Part shown: positions 9,806 through 19,989 of the stretch, piece after piece
Position numbering within the stretch: the stretch's first letter is position 1
How the letters are laid out: every line of letters begins with the position of its first letter
Origin: Ichthyobacteriaceae bacterium
GTDB lineage: Bacteria; Bacteroidota; Bacteroidia; Flavobacteriales; JADGDT01
Length of the DNA stretch: 64,000 bases
Direction: 5' to 3'
NCBI GenBank assembly: GCA_016744755.1
Contig: JADGDT010000004.1
Location: 3,617 to 67,616, forward strand
The notes under the pieces: model-generated
Seen by the model: only the letters and a program-made list of their open reading frames with translations
Told to the model about the DNA's origin: nothing
The model's database searches: none
Position numbers and translations under genes: made by a program

Positions 9806-12229
9806 TTAAAATATCTTAGAAATGTTGTTGTAATCGATGTAATAAGATAATTTTATTGATAACATATTCTGCATAGGATTCTCAAACATGTTATTAATAT
9901 TTTCGAAATAACTTAGGCCAGAACCACTAAAACTAGATAACAATGAATTCCTGTAAAGAACTGATAATTGGCTACCTGGGGCAAACCACCACGAATAACT
10001 CAAATCTAGATTCCACGAGTTAAAAGTAATGTCATTATCTTGAGAATAACTAACATCTTCTAGATTGCCATCTAAAGATAATTTCTTGTAATCAGAGTAT
10101 TCTATATCAGCCCAATAATGTCTAAATTTCAACTCCATAGACATCTTGTTATTGAAAGCAAAAGATGAATTTAATGAAGACGTTATTCTTTTATTATCCC
10201 TAAATCCCATAATTATGTCTCCTTCACTCTCATCAACCCAGCCTACCTGATTTTCAGCCAAAAGTCTACTAAGCTCTACAGATAATACAAACTTATCATT
10301 AACACGGTACCTTGGAGAAAAATTAATGAAAAAATAATTGTTATCCCATTCTGGGGTACTTCCTATTTCTGAATAAATATCTATAGCAAACTTTTTCCTG
10401 TAATCTGTCGAAATCCATCCACTAACCTCTGCATTTGGAGGAACTAATAAGAATCGACCTTCTACTCTAGGCTCGTAAAAATCAAACTTATTTATAGGTG
10501 AAACCCTTATCCCTCCACCAAAAGAGAAAAACTCTTTAGTTGTAGCATTTCCCCTCAAGGCTAAATCTAGTTTAATAAAATGATCTGGTTCGAACTGTCT
10601 ATCATGATAAGCTCCAAATGAAATTCTATAAGAATTAAAATTACCTACTGGTTCAAATATTCGATATGAGATTTCCGAATCTATTTCCCAAATATTACTA
10701 TATCTCATATAGCCTAGATCTGTATTATCGTAATTTTTACTAGTTAATTTATTTTCGTTCTCAAATCTGAATTTGCCTTTTGTTTTAGCAAAGCCAACCA
10801 TAGTTTGTGTTCCATATTTAGCACTATCTAGTTCTTGAAACACTTGACTTACTTTTGCTTCTCCAAAAACCTTATATGAATTTGATTTATTGGAAATATC
10901 AAACAAACCACCTGTTACATTAGCATCTCTAAAATCGCCACTCCTAATGACATTTGTATTAATTAGAGTTACAGAAGAGTTTCCATTAAAACGCTGATCT
11001 AGTACTAAAACATTGTAATTAGCTAGGGGCTCTGTTACTATTTTTGAAATTTCACCAGATTCAATATCTTTTACCTCAGCTACAGTTTTATTAGTTATCG
11101 CATTAAATATTCCTATCCCCAATCCGCCTCTAGTCCTACCCGAAACCTTTGTAGCATTAATCATTGGAGTTTTAGAAGGGTTACTAATAATTGATTTTGT
11201 AGTATCTTCATCCGGTATACCCTCTACATCGTAATACTTAGTTGGAACACCTCCAATTCTTCTAGAATAGAATAGACCTCCTTTTCCAAACATTTCTGTG
11301 CCTTCGGTAAAAAATTGTCTGTTTTCGTTATACCTAACTTCAAAAGGACTAAGATTCAACACCTGTTCATCGTAAGAAGCTTGATTAAAATCTGGGATTA
11401 AGGTCATATCAAGTGTAAAACTCTCATTGATACCATATTTTAAATCCATCCCTCCATTATATTTAAAGTTAGTTTGATTTTCGTAACTCTCAACTAAACT
11501 AGAAACATAGGGCATAAAACTCAATCTCACTGGTGGTTTAATATTTTTAATTCCATCTAATTCACCATAATGTTGAGAGAATTCCCCAACTTTTTTATCT
11601 ATATAATTCCAAGTATACTCTTCGTTTGTCCTTCTAATTCTCCTAAGGAAATTAAGGCCCCAGATCTGTTTTTCTTTTTCAGGAAAACGTAATTCGGAAT
11701 AAGGAATTTTCATTTCTACCACCCATCCTTTATCATCAATATTTACCTCGCTATCCCAAACAGCATTCCAATTATCATCTTCATTGCCATCGGCATATTT
11801 AGTATCTATTTGTACCCCTGCAGCAGTAACCATAAAATTGAAAACTTGCTGACCATCGTTGTAAGGATTTATAGAAAATATAAATAAGTCTGTGTTTTTA
11901 CTTCCATCATCTCTCGGCCCTAATTCTTTCAAAATTCTACTTGGCTCATTATCGTACATACGAGCTCCTACATACATAGCATCATCATCGTATAAAATAT
12001 ACACCAAAGTCTTTTGATTTTCGGGTTCAGGTGTTCCATCCCCTGGTTCCATCATTACAAATTCTGCACCTGGTGTAGCCTGTTCCCAAATAGTTTCATC
12101 TAATTTTCCGTCAATAGTAGGAGGAGTAACTACTCTAACAGCTGATAGGTTTTTTTTGTTGTTTTGAGAAAAAACACTTCCGTAAGAAACTAAAAATAAA
12201 ATAGAGAAGAATAGTCTAAGGAAGTGCAT
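9806..12229 (-). CDS. Large secreted protein with a CBM9-like N-terminal domain and a beta-rich C-terminal region (DUF5916-like)
   Basis: 807 aa with a signal peptide and an N-terminal PPTIDGKLDETIWEQA motif typical of family-9 carbohydrate-binding-like modules. Assignment is from memory. Confidence 0.5.
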   Translation of the reverse strand: MHFLRLFFSILFLVSYGSVFSQNNKKNLSAVRVVTPPTIDGKLDETIWEQATPGAEFVMMEPGDGTPEPENQKTLVYILYDDDAMYVGARMYDNEPSRILKELGPRDDGSKNTDLFIFSINPYNDGQQVFNFMVTAAGVQIDTKYADGNEDDNWNAVWDSEVNIDDKGWVVEMKIPYSELRFPEKEKQIWGLNFLRRIRRTNEEYTWNYIDKKVGEFSQHYGELDGIKNIKPPVRLSFMPYVSSLVESYENQTNFKYNGGMDLKYGINESFTLDMTLIPDFNQASYDEQVLNLSPFEVRYNENRQFFTEGTEMFGKGGLFYSRRIGGVPTKYYDVEGIPDEDTTKSIISNPSKTPMINATKVSGRTRGGLGIGIFNAITNKTVAEVKDIESGEISKIVTEPLANYNVLVLDQRFNGNSSVTLINTNVIRSGDFRDANVTGGLFDISNKSNSYKVFGEAKVSQVFQELDSAKYGTQTMVGFAKTKGKFRFENENKLTSKNYDNTDLGYMRYSNIWEIDSEISYRIFEPVGNFNSYRISFGAYHDRQFEPDHFIKLDLALRGNATTKEFFSFGGGIRVSPINKFDFYEPRVEGRFLLVPPNAEVSGWISTDYRKKFAIDIYSEIGSTPEWDNNYFFINFSPRYRVNDKFVLSVELSRLLAENQVGWVDESEGDIIMGFRDNKRITSSLNSSFAFNNKMSMELKFRHYWADIEYSDYKKLSLDGNLEDVSYSQDNDITFNSWNLDLSYSWWFAPGSQLSVLYRNSLLSSFSGSGLSYFENINNMFENPMQNMLSIKLSYYIDYNNISKIF

Positions 12230-12494
12230 AGTTTAATGATACTTTTTTGGTTTATGAATGTTGCTAAACTAATAAAATGAAAAATCGACCTAACACAAAA
12301 AAATGTTAAATATATACAAGTGAAAATGGGAAGAAATGGATAAAAACCATCAAACCCACTACTTAAATAAAACAATAATAGGCTTTGTGTAACACAAACA
12401 TGGCTGTATAAAACCACTAAAGAGTTTGATTTCACTACATTATAAAAGCAATATAATCCATACTAAATATCACACAAAAAAAAATATTATTTAT

Positions 12495-12525
12495 TTGGCA
12501 AAACGCGGTGATTAACTTACATTTG
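12495..12525 (+). promoter_or_regulatory. Bacteroidota-type promoter (-33 TTG, -7 TACATTTG) for the tRNA-His pair
   Basis: TTG at 12495-12497 and TACATTTG at 12518-12525, which matches TAnnTTTG. Spacing is 20 nt, and the box ends 17 nt before the tRNA 5' end. Confidence 0.5.
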
Positions 12526-12542
12526 CAACCGCTAAATTAAAT

Positions 12543-12617
12543 GGTGGTTGTAGCTCAGTTGGTTAGAGCATCGGTTTGTGGTACCGAGGGTCGCCGGTTC
12601 GAATCCGGTCTTCCACC
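12543..12617 (+). tRNA. tRNA-His (anticodon GTG), copy 1
   Basis: Manual cloverleaf: G-1 opposite C73, U8, A14, G18G19, anticodon loop TTGTGGT, T-loop GGTTCGAATCC. No encoded CCA. Positions 5-68 and 6-67 are T-T mismatches. Confidence 0.85.
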
Positions 12618-12650
12618 CTAAGTTATTTAAAAAAGCAAAAAGTATTAAAT

Positions 12651-12725
12651 GGTGGTTGTAGCTCAGTTGGTTAGAGCATCGGTTTGTGGTACCGAGGGTC
12701 GCCGGTTCGAATCCGGTCTTCCACC
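12651..12725 (+). tRNA. tRNA-His (anticodon GTG), copy 2
   Basis: 75/75 identical to copy 1, with a 108-bp period. Confidence 0.85.
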
Positions 12726-12740
12726 CATTTTACTCTAAAA

Positions 12741-12768
12741 GTCAACAAGTTAATTGTTGACTTTTTTT
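12741..12768 (+). terminator. Rho-independent terminator after the tRNA pair
   Basis: Stem GTCAACA/TGTTGAC with a 7-nt loop, followed by TTTTTTT. Confidence 0.7.
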
Positions 12769-12884
12769 GTTTTATAGCGAAGAATGAACATTATAATATT
12801 CATCAAAAAAAATCACTCAATATTACAACTGCTTTATTAAATTTGAATTTTAATACCAAAATTAAAATGGTATAATTTCATAAT

Positions 12885-13916
12885 ATGATTTCAAAAAAAT
12901 TCATCGATATAAAAATCATCATCCTTCTAATAGTACTTCTATTATTCATTGTTCTAGATGTTTTTTTGGGTAGTGTAAATTTTAGCGTCAATGAATTTTC
13001 TAATATCATCGCTGAACTTGGTAATTCTACATCTCCAAAATCAATAATTATTTGGAATTATCGCATACCAAAAATGCTAACTTCTTTAGTTGCAGGAATG
13101 GCTTTACCCTTGAGTGGACTACTAATGCAAACAATTTTCAAAAACCCTTTATCTGGTCCATTTGTACTAGGCATTAGCTCTGGAGCAGGACTTGGAGTTG
13201 CTTTCACAATAATGATGAGTTCAATTGCTGGACTTAGCTTACCATTATTTTTTTCGGAAATTAATAGTGTTTTTGCAGGAACATTGGGTGCAGGTGCTGT
13301 AATGATATTAATTTTATACGTATCAGAAAGAGTTCAAAATTTAAGCACTTTACTTATTGTAGGGGTAATGGTTGGTAGTTTTTCTTCTGCAATAATTGGT
13401 GTATTACAATACTTTAGTTCAGAGCAAGAATTAAGAAATTTTATTATTTGGACTATGGGTAGTTTAGGAAGCTCGGAGTGGTCGGAAATTATTGTGCTCT
13501 ACTCAATTTTAGGATTAAGTCTATTTGCAACATTACGTATTTCTAAAGGGCTTAACGCTATAACAATTGGTGAAAACTACGCACATACTCTAGGTATTGA
13601 TGTTAAAACAGTAAGGCGTGGAACTTTAATAATCGCTAGTGTTTTGGCTGGTGGAATTACTTCTATAGTTGGCCCAATTGCCTTTATAGGACTTGCAGTA
13701 CCACACATTGCAAAAAGTATGTTAAATACAATGGATCACAACAAACTTATCCCTTTCACACTTTTGCTTGGCGGAATTCTGATGTTGTTTTTCGATATAA
13801 TTTCTCAGTTTATTGTAACCGATCAGGTAATTCCAATAAATGTAATCACTTCTCTATTTGGCGCTCCGTTTGTAATTGCTGTAGTTATGAGAAGAAGTGT
13901 TAAAATCTCATTTTAA
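12885..13916 (+). CDS. ABC transporter permease, FecCD/BtuC family (iron-chelate or B12 type)
   Basis: 343 aa, about 9-10 predicted TM segments, family-typical glycine-rich helices. Confidence 0.85.
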   Translation: MISKKFIDIKIIILLIVLLLFIVLDVFLGSVNFSVNEFSNIIAELGNSTSPKSIIIWNYRIPKMLTSLVAGMALPLSGLLMQTIFKNPLSGPFVLGISSGAGLGVAFTIMMSSIAGLSLPLFFSEINSVFAGTLGAGAVMILILYVSERVQNLSTLLIVGVMVGSFSSAIIGVLQYFSSEQELRNFIIWTMGSLGSSEWSEIIVLYSILGLSLFATLRISKGLNAITIGENYAHTLGIDVKTVRRGTLIIASVLAGGITSIVGPIAFIGLAVPHIAKSMLNTMDHNKLIPFTLLLGGILMLFFDIISQFIVTDQVIPINVITSLFGAPFVIAVVMRRSVKISF

Positions 13917-13918
13917 TT

Positions 13919-14923
13919 ATGGTAGAGCTAAGAGAACTAAATGTTGGGTATGCTACTAAGAATGAGAAAAATATTATTCTTAAAGGAATAAATGCTAGAT
14001 TAGAAAAAGGTAAACTAACTTGTTTTCTGGGTAGAAATGGTGCTGGAAAATCTACGTTGCTAAAAACAATTTTGGGAGTACTTGAACCTTTGGAAGGAAG
14101 TATAAATATATCTGGCAAAACACTGAATGAAATTTCAGCAAACGAAAGATCCAAAAAAATATCTGCTGTACTTACCGATGTAGTTAGAATAGAACATATT
14201 AGTGTAGAAGAATTTGTATCGCTCGGAAGAATTCCTCACACTAATTGGCGAGGAAGTTTAGAAAAAATAGATAAGCAACATATTGAAAATGCAATTTCTA
14301 TTTGTGAAATTGAAGATATAAGAAGTAAAATAATTTCGGAATTGAGTGATGGCCAATTGCAAAAAGTAAATATAGCTAGAGCTATTTGCCAAGACACAGA
14401 TTTGATTTTATTAGACGAACCTACGGCTCACCTTGATGTTTCCAATAAATTTAAGGTCTTCGAGATTTTACGTAAGCTAGCTATAGATTACAAAAAAGCA
14501 ATTTTCATAATCACTCACGATTTGGAATTAGCTTTCCAAAATGCCGACATGCTTTGGGTTATCGACAAAAATGGAGATATGCAAAGCGATGTTACCGAAG
14601 ATTTATTACTCGATAAAAAAATTATCGACAGCTTCCTTACTTCAAATTTCGAGTTTGATTACGTCAGTGGTAAATTTCTTTACAAAAGAGAAAGCAGAGT
14701 TTCTTTCCAACTTATTGGCGATAATGAAAGTACATATTGGACAAAGCAAGCGCTATACAAAAATGGCTACGGGGTAGATAAAAAGTCTAACTACACCCTT
14801 AAAATTGATAGCAAATCAAAAAGATGGGATCTATTTAACGATGAAAAAGAATTAAATAATTTCTCCTCCATAAAAGAATTAATATTAGAATTAAATAAGC
14901 TGTTCTTTCCTGAATTTATTTAA
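13919..14923 (+). CDS. ABC transporter ATP-binding protein with a C-terminal extension of about 100 aa
   Basis: Walker A GRNGAGKST, signature LSDGQLQK, Walker B LILLDEP. An extra tail follows the ATPase core. Confidence 0.85.
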   Translation: MVELRELNVGYATKNEKNIILKGINARLEKGKLTCFLGRNGAGKSTLLKTILGVLEPLEGSINISGKTLNEISANERSKKISAVLTDVVRIEHISVEEFVSLGRIPHTNWRGSLEKIDKQHIENAISICEIEDIRSKIISELSDGQLQKVNIARAICQDTDLILLDEPTAHLDVSNKFKVFEILRKLAIDYKKAIFIITHDLELAFQNADMLWVIDKNGDMQSDVTEDLLLDKKIIDSFLTSNFEFDYVSGKFLYKRESRVSFQLIGDNESTYWTKQALYKNGYGVDKKSNYTLKIDSKSKRWDLFNDEKELNNFSSIKELILELNKLFFPEFI

Positions 14924-15654
14924 TCTCTCCAAACTAACTCTGCAGCAAAGCAAGCCTTATCATAATTCTTATCCATTTTAATAATCTGAACATTATCATC
15001 AGTGTTTGATGATACTTTTACATCGTCATCTAGGTTGAGTTCCTTGATATAGTTAACAGTTAATTTCTTCAATTTACTTTTAAGCACTTTTTCGTGATCT
15101 ACATTGTCGAAAGTCCAATCTAAATATTTTAAATTTGAAACGTGCTGAACCATATCTAAAGCAGAAAATCTAACTTTCAAGGAGAACACATTTTCAAATT
15201 TCTTATCTAAATGAATTCTATTAGCTGTATTCTCAACAGCAATTTCATTTTTAAATTTAAAACCTGAAGTATCTATTTTCAGATGCTCTACTTGTCTTTT
15301 TACAAAATTTATAACCGTCCAACTCGATGTAGCTCTCACAATTTGCTTATCTCCAATAAAAACTTCATACTCTCTATTAGAAAAAGCCCCTTTCACAAAA
15401 CTAATCCACGATTTTATAGTAACAACATCTCCTAACTTAGGAAGTTTATCTACCTCCATTGCAAACCTTGTTAGTACCCACGATTGATTATTAGAAACCA
15501 TGTGATGAATACCAAAACCACCTTCCTCAGCATGATAACCAGCAGTATCTTGTAAATAACGACTTAGCGTAACATAGCTAATTCTACCATTTGAGTAACA
15601 ATCGTTAAATTCTACTTTCCAATTTTTGGTATATATGTCGTTTATCTTTTTCAT
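14920..15654 (-). CDS. Acyl-ACP thioesterase family protein
   Basis: 244 aa with two hot-dog halves and an N-terminal pattern like FatA/B-type bacterial thioesterases. Confidence 0.75.
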   Translation of the reverse strand: MKKINDIYTKNWKVEFNDCYSNGRISYVTLSRYLQDTAGYHAEEGGFGIHHMVSNNQSWVLTRFAMEVDKLPKLGDVVTIKSWISFVKGAFSNREYEVFIGDKQIVRATSSWTVINFVKRQVEHLKIDTSGFKFKNEIAVENTANRIHLDKKFENVFSLKVRFSALDMVQHVSNLKYLDWTFDNVDHEKVLKSKLKKLTVNYIKELNLDDDVKVSSNTDDNVQIIKMDKNYDKACFAAELVWRD

Positions 15655-15668
15655 GTTTCTATATTTAA

Positions 15669-16571
15669 CTACTTAAGTTTTGAGCCAATATACTCTATGA
15701 TTTCATTTTCATTAGAAGGATCAAACCATTTTATTTCTTTATCCTTACGAAACCAAGTTAGTTGTCTTTTGGCAAATCGTCTCGTATTTTTCTTGATTTC
15801 AGAAATGGCAAAATCTAAGGTAAACTCGCCATCAAAATACCTGAATAATTCTCTATAGCCTACAGTTTGTAAACTATTAATATGTTTGTGAGGATACATC
15901 TTTTCAGCTTCGTCAAGTAATCCTGCATCCATCATTAAATCTACCCTGAGATTAATTCTCTCGTAAAGCTTTTCTCTATCAATATTAAGTCCAATTTTTA
16001 TTGGCGAAAAGTTCCTTTCCTTAACCTCTCTAACTCTAAATTCGGTAAAAGTTTTTCCAGTGCCAATACAAACTTCTAAAGCTCTAATTACACGCTGAGG
16101 GTTTTTAATATCTACAATTTTAGAATACTCGATATCCAATTCTATCAATTTTTCCTGAATAAATTCTAGCCCTTTTTCTTCTAATTCTTGTTGAAGGTGA
16201 ATACGTATTTTGGGATCTATCTCTGGAAATTCATCAAACCCTTTCAATACAGCATCAACGTACAATCCAGAACCTCCTATAAGTATAGCCTTATCATTAT
16301 CCTGATACAAACTGTCTAAAAGTGCAATTGCATCATTCTCGTAATCTCCAACGGTATAATCGTCGAAAATAGATCTGTCGTGAATAAAATGATGCTTAAC
16401 TTGAGTTTGTTCTTCTGCCGATGGTGGTGCTGTACCTATTAGCAATTCTTTGTAAAACTGGCGAGAATCGCAAGAAAGAATATCGCAAGCAAAATGATTT
16501 GCAATATCAATACTTAAAGATGTTTTACCAATTGCAGTAGGACCAATAATTGTAATTAATGAATTTGACAT
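15669..16571 (-). CDS. miaA: tRNA dimethylallyltransferase
   Basis: P-loop GPTAIGKTS. I place the start at the internal Met (MSNSLITIIGPTA...), 15 codons inside the tracked ORF, which ends at 16616. Confidence 0.92.
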   Translation of the reverse strand: MSNSLITIIGPTAIGKTSLSIDIANHFACDILSCDSRQFYKELLIGTAPPSAEEQTQVKHHFIHDRSIFDDYTVGDYENDAIALLDSLYQDNDKAILIGGSGLYVDAVLKGFDEFPEIDPKIRIHLQQELEEKGLEFIQEKLIELDIEYSKIVDIKNPQRVIRALEVCIGTGKTFTEFRVREVKERNFSPIKIGLNIDREKLYERINLRVDLMMDAGLLDEAEKMYPHKHINSLQTVGYRELFRYFDGEFTLDFAISEIKKNTRRFAKRQLTWFRKDKEIKWFDPSNENEIIEYIGSKLK

Positions 16572-16691
16572 TTTATGAAATTGGATATTTAAATTGAAGA
16601 CTGCAAAAGTAAACATGATATTTTGCAGGACTTAGAACAAAACAATAAAAGAGTAGTACTTATTTTAGTCTTTTAATAATTCCCTTTAAAT

Positions 16692-17408
16692 TTAGAAATT
16701 TCTAACATCGATAATCACTTCTGGAAATTCATCAGGATTATCAATCACTTTTTTAAATTTTAAGGCTACCTCTTTAGGACTAGTTAATTTATTATTATCA
16801 AAATAATCTTTAAACTTATCTACATTACTGAAATTTGCAGAATTACTCTTTCGTATTTCGTTTTGCATAGCTGTGTCTACTATACCTGGTGCAATAGAAT
16901 GAATGTAGATATTATTATTCTTATCTAATTTCAATTCTTCATTAAGAGCAAGGCTAACCATATCTAATCCAGCTTTTGACGCACTATATGTACTCCATCC
17001 ATCAATAGGATATTTACCTGCTCCAGAGCTAACATTAATTATATGCAATGGCTTGCCTTTTGCAGAAAACTGACGCATAAAAAGGTTAATTAAGATAGAT
17101 GGAGAAATTAAATTTACATTGTAATTATTTGTTATATCTGTAGAAAATTCGTGTCCAAGATGAGCTATAGGTTCAATGACTCCAGCATTATTTATCAAAA
17201 TACATTTATCGAATTCTTTTTCTGGAAACCTGAATTTCTCAACTATTTCAATATCAGAAAAATCTAAAATAATGTGATTGTAATTAGGATGCTCAATACT
17301 TTGCTTTCTAGAAATTCCAATTACTCTTATATTTTTGTCCTTCAGTAGTAATTGGGCGATAGCTTTTCCAAGTCCCCTACTCGTTCCTGTAATAAATGCA
17401 ATAGTCAT
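16692..17408 (-). CDS. Short-chain dehydrogenase/reductase (SDR)
   Basis: TGTSRGLG cofactor motif and YSASK catalytic motif. Confidence 0.85.
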   Translation of the reverse strand: MTIAFITGTSRGLGKAIAQLLLKDKNIRVIGISRKQSIEHPNYNHIILDFSDIEIVEKFRFPEKEFDKCILINNAGVIEPIAHLGHEFSTDITNNYNVNLISPSILINLFMRQFSAKGKPLHIINVSSGAGKYPIDGWSTYSASKAGLDMVSLALNEELKLDKNNNIYIHSIAPGIVDTAMQNEIRKSNSANFSNVDKFKDYFDNNKLTSPKEVALKFKKVIDNPDEFPEVIIDVRNF

Positions 17409-17422
17409 ATATTCTTCTATTT

Positions 17423-18124
17423 CTACTGATTAATATCTATAAATCTATCTATATCCTTAGAAGATCCAAAGAATAAAATTAAATCATCTTCTTCAATTAT
17501 AGTATCTCCTTTTGGCACTCCAACAATATGATGTTCACCACCTTTTAAACGTAGAAGAGTAATTAAATTTAATTTATACTTTATTCTTAATCCAATATCT
17601 AGCAAAGTCCTATTCACTACTCCTTTTGGAGCTTTTATTTCAATAATTTCATATTCATCGGGAAGTGGAACATACAACAAAACACTTGGATTCATAAGCT
17701 GTTCGGTCACATTATTACTAACCTCTTCTTCTGTAGATAGAATTTCATCTATCCCCATCCTGGAAAGAATTTTTTTCTGAGCCTCGCCCTGTGCCCTTAC
17801 CATTATTCTTTTTACACCCAACTCCTGTAAAGCAAATGTTGTTAGAAGCAAGCTCTGAAAATCCTCGCCAATAGATACAACAACGGCTTCCATCTCTTGT
17901 ATGTTCTGAGATTTCAAAGCATTAATATCGGTAGAATCTAATACTACAGAATAGGTTACATCATCTTTAATACTGTTAATTCTATCTTTATTAGAATCAA
18001 TGGCAATTACTTCTGCCCCTTTCATAGAAAGCTTAGTAGCAATGGCAGAGCCAAACCTTCCTATCCCAATTACTGCAAAACGTAGCTTATCAGCCATAAG
18101 TGTGTTTTTAACTATTTTCGTCAA
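17423..18124 (-). CDS. TrkA/KtrA-type K+ transport NAD-binding protein
   Basis: GIGRFG Rossmann motif plus a C-terminal TrkA-C-like region. The true start may be Met10 (18097). Confidence 0.8.
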   Translation of the reverse strand: MTKIVKNTLMADKLRFAVIGIGRFGSAIATKLSMKGAEVIAIDSNKDRINSIKDDVTYSVVLDSTDINALKSQNIQEMEAVVVSIGEDFQSLLLTTFALQELGVKRIMVRAQGEAQKKILSRMGIDEILSTEEEVSNNVTEQLMNPSVLLYVPLPDEYEIIEIKAPKGVVNRTLLDIGLRIKYKLNLITLLRLKGGEHHIVGVPKGDTIIEEDDLILFFGSSKDIDRFIDINQ

Positions 18125-18228
18125 ATATACTGCTTTATAGAAAATCTATTACACTTGAATTTAATAAATACATAATTGGATTAATCAGAGTTAAAGTATT
18201 AATATTGTAATGAAAATAAGTTTTTATT

Positions 18229-19041
18229 ATGAATAGAATTTCAGCATCATTAGTATTATACAATACAGAAGCTAAAATTGTAGAAGAAAGCATCAACAGT
18301 TATTTTAGCTCATCAGTTAATGGTGACCTATGGATTATAGACAACTCAGAAAATGCTAAATATAAATATCTGAAAAGTTTTGACTCTAATATCACTTACA
18401 TTAATAGTGGCGACAATTTAGGTTATGGAAAAGCTCACAACATAGCTTTAAGAAATTTTATTGACAAAAGTGAATATCACATAATCTTAAATCCTGATAT
18501 TTCTTTTAATATTGATGTAATAAAAGATCTAACTAATTTTTTAGATTTAAATACAAATGTTGGATTGGTAGCTCCTAGAGCTATTTACCCTAATGGCACT
18601 CCCCAAAGCAACGGTAGACTTATACCGAGTCCTATACATCTTATTTTAAGGAGGTTTTTTTCTATATCTAAATTAAATCTTAAAATAAATAATGAGTATG
18701 AGCTAAAACAACCGAAAGATTCTAATTATCTTACCCCAGTAATACTTGGTAGTTTTATGATGTTTAGAAATTCATCTCTCAAAAAAATAGGTTTTTTTGA
18801 TGAACGTTTTTTCCTCTATCCCGAAGATATTGATATCTCAAGGAGAATGTTTGATAAATACGATAATGTAATCTTTGTTAAACAACATTTCATCCATCAC
18901 CATTATCAGGAATCTTACAAAAGTTTCAAACTTCTCTTTACACATATCAAAGAAATGATAAAATACTTCAACAAATGGGGCTGGATATTAGATAGTTCGA
19001 GAAAAAGACTTAATCGAAAAGCTCTAAATCTAGAAAAATAA
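18229..19041 (+). CDS. Family 2 glycosyltransferase
   Basis: N-terminal GT-A pattern (SLVLYNT..., DNS, NLGYG...). Confidence 0.8.
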   Translation: MNRISASLVLYNTEAKIVEESINSYFSSSVNGDLWIIDNSENAKYKYLKSFDSNITYINSGDNLGYGKAHNIALRNFIDKSEYHIILNPDISFNIDVIKDLTNFLDLNTNVGLVAPRAIYPNGTPQSNGRLIPSPIHLILRRFFSISKLNLKINNEYELKQPKDSNYLTPVILGSFMMFRNSSLKKIGFFDERFFLYPEDIDISRRMFDKYDNVIFVKQHFIHHHYQESYKSFKLLFTHIKEMIKYFNKWGWILDSSRKRLNRKALNLEK

Positions 19042-19141
19042 AACAATGGGAGAGTAAATGTTGCTTTTGGTCTAATTTGCTATAAATCATAGTACATTAT
19101 TAGATAAAATTTTTAATTTAGCCATTCTTATATATTATATA

Positions 19142-19837
19142 TTGCAAGAATTAAAACAACATAAAGACCTCAAATCCAAGTACAAAAGTTTAAAAGTAGT
19201 TTTTAAGCAGAATAAATCTAACCCAGATTTATTGCTCGAAATAAATTCCTACTCATACTTTTTTAAGAGATTATTTGATTTCTCTATTGCATCAATTGCG
19301 TTAGTAATATTTTCTCCATTATTATTCATATTATATTTTATTACTAAATATACTTCAAAAGGTCCTGGTTTTTACTATCAGAAGAGGATAGGATATAATG
19401 GAAAAGAATTCTACATTTTCAAATTCAGGTCTATGTTAATAAATTCTGAAGGTAGCACACCACAATTAGTTTCAAACACTGGCAATGATATTAGAGTTAC
19501 TAAATGGGGGAACTTTATGAGAAAGCATTATTTAGACGAATTACCTCAATTACTAAACGTTATGCGTGGCGACATGTCTATTGTTGGTCCTCGTCCTGAA
19601 AGACAATATTTTATAGATCAAATAATTGATAGAGGTGGTGACTTCACTTCCTTACTTCAAGTAAAACCTGGAATTACTTCTCTAGGGCAAATTAGATATG
19701 GATACGCACACTCTGTAGATCAAATGCTTCAGCGTCTAAAATACGAACAGCTTTACCTTAAGCGTGTTTCTTTTTGGACAGATATAAAAATAATCGCAAA
19801 TACCTCTGCTTCTGTCTTGAAAGCTAAAGGTAAATAG
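19142..19837 (+). CDS. Undecaprenyl-phosphate sugar phosphotransferase (bacterial sugar transferase family)
   Basis: One TM segment followed by a conserved C-terminal domain (KFRSM..., PGITSLGQ). Uses a TTG start. Confidence 0.85.
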   Translation: MQELKQHKDLKSKYKSLKVVFKQNKSNPDLLLEINSYSYFFKRLFDFSIASIALVIFSPLLFILYFITKYTSKGPGFYYQKRIGYNGKEFYIFKFRSMLINSEGSTPQLVSNTGNDIRVTKWGNFMRKHYLDELPQLLNVMRGDMSIVGPRPERQYFIDQIIDRGGDFTSLLQVKPGITSLGQIRYGYAHSVDQMLQRLKYEQLYLKRVSFWTDIKIIANTSASVLKAKGK

Positions 19838-19989
19838 TCTTCTTTTGCAATAAGTGTAAATATTTCAATTAATACACTATATTTCTTTAATCATTACAAA
19901 TAACAATTTATATTTGCCACTCGTTGAAAAAATAGGTGTATACACTCTTATTTAATAACAATTTATATACAGATAAAAAACACATTCCG

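Noticed and set aside
12190-12435. 81-aa minus-strand ORF upstream of the DUF5916-like gene
   Set aside because: It overlaps the start of the 807-aa gene in another frame, its translation is a hydrophobic junk-like sequence, and it lies in AT-rich promoter DNA.
12684-12875. 63-aa ORF (MWYRGSPVRIRSS...)
   Set aside because: It starts inside the second tRNA-His gene and runs through its terminator, so it is an artefact of the tRNA sequence.
12769-12884. Possible cobalamin riboswitch ahead of the FecCD-type ABC importer
   Set aside because: The leader is only about 115 nt, extremely AT-rich, and lacks the conserved B12-box-like GC-rich core.
14920-14923. Convergent gene pairs that overlap by 4 nt at a palindromic TTAA shared by both stop codons (also at 50121-50124)
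   Set aside because: The overlap is real but is a trivial consequence of TAA stops in an AT-rich compact genome. It is not evidence of regulation.
17423-18124. An incomplete K+ uptake system (TrkA without TrkH/KtrB) as a gene-loss event
   Set aside because: Membrane partners are frequently encoded elsewhere, so this cannot be judged from one window.
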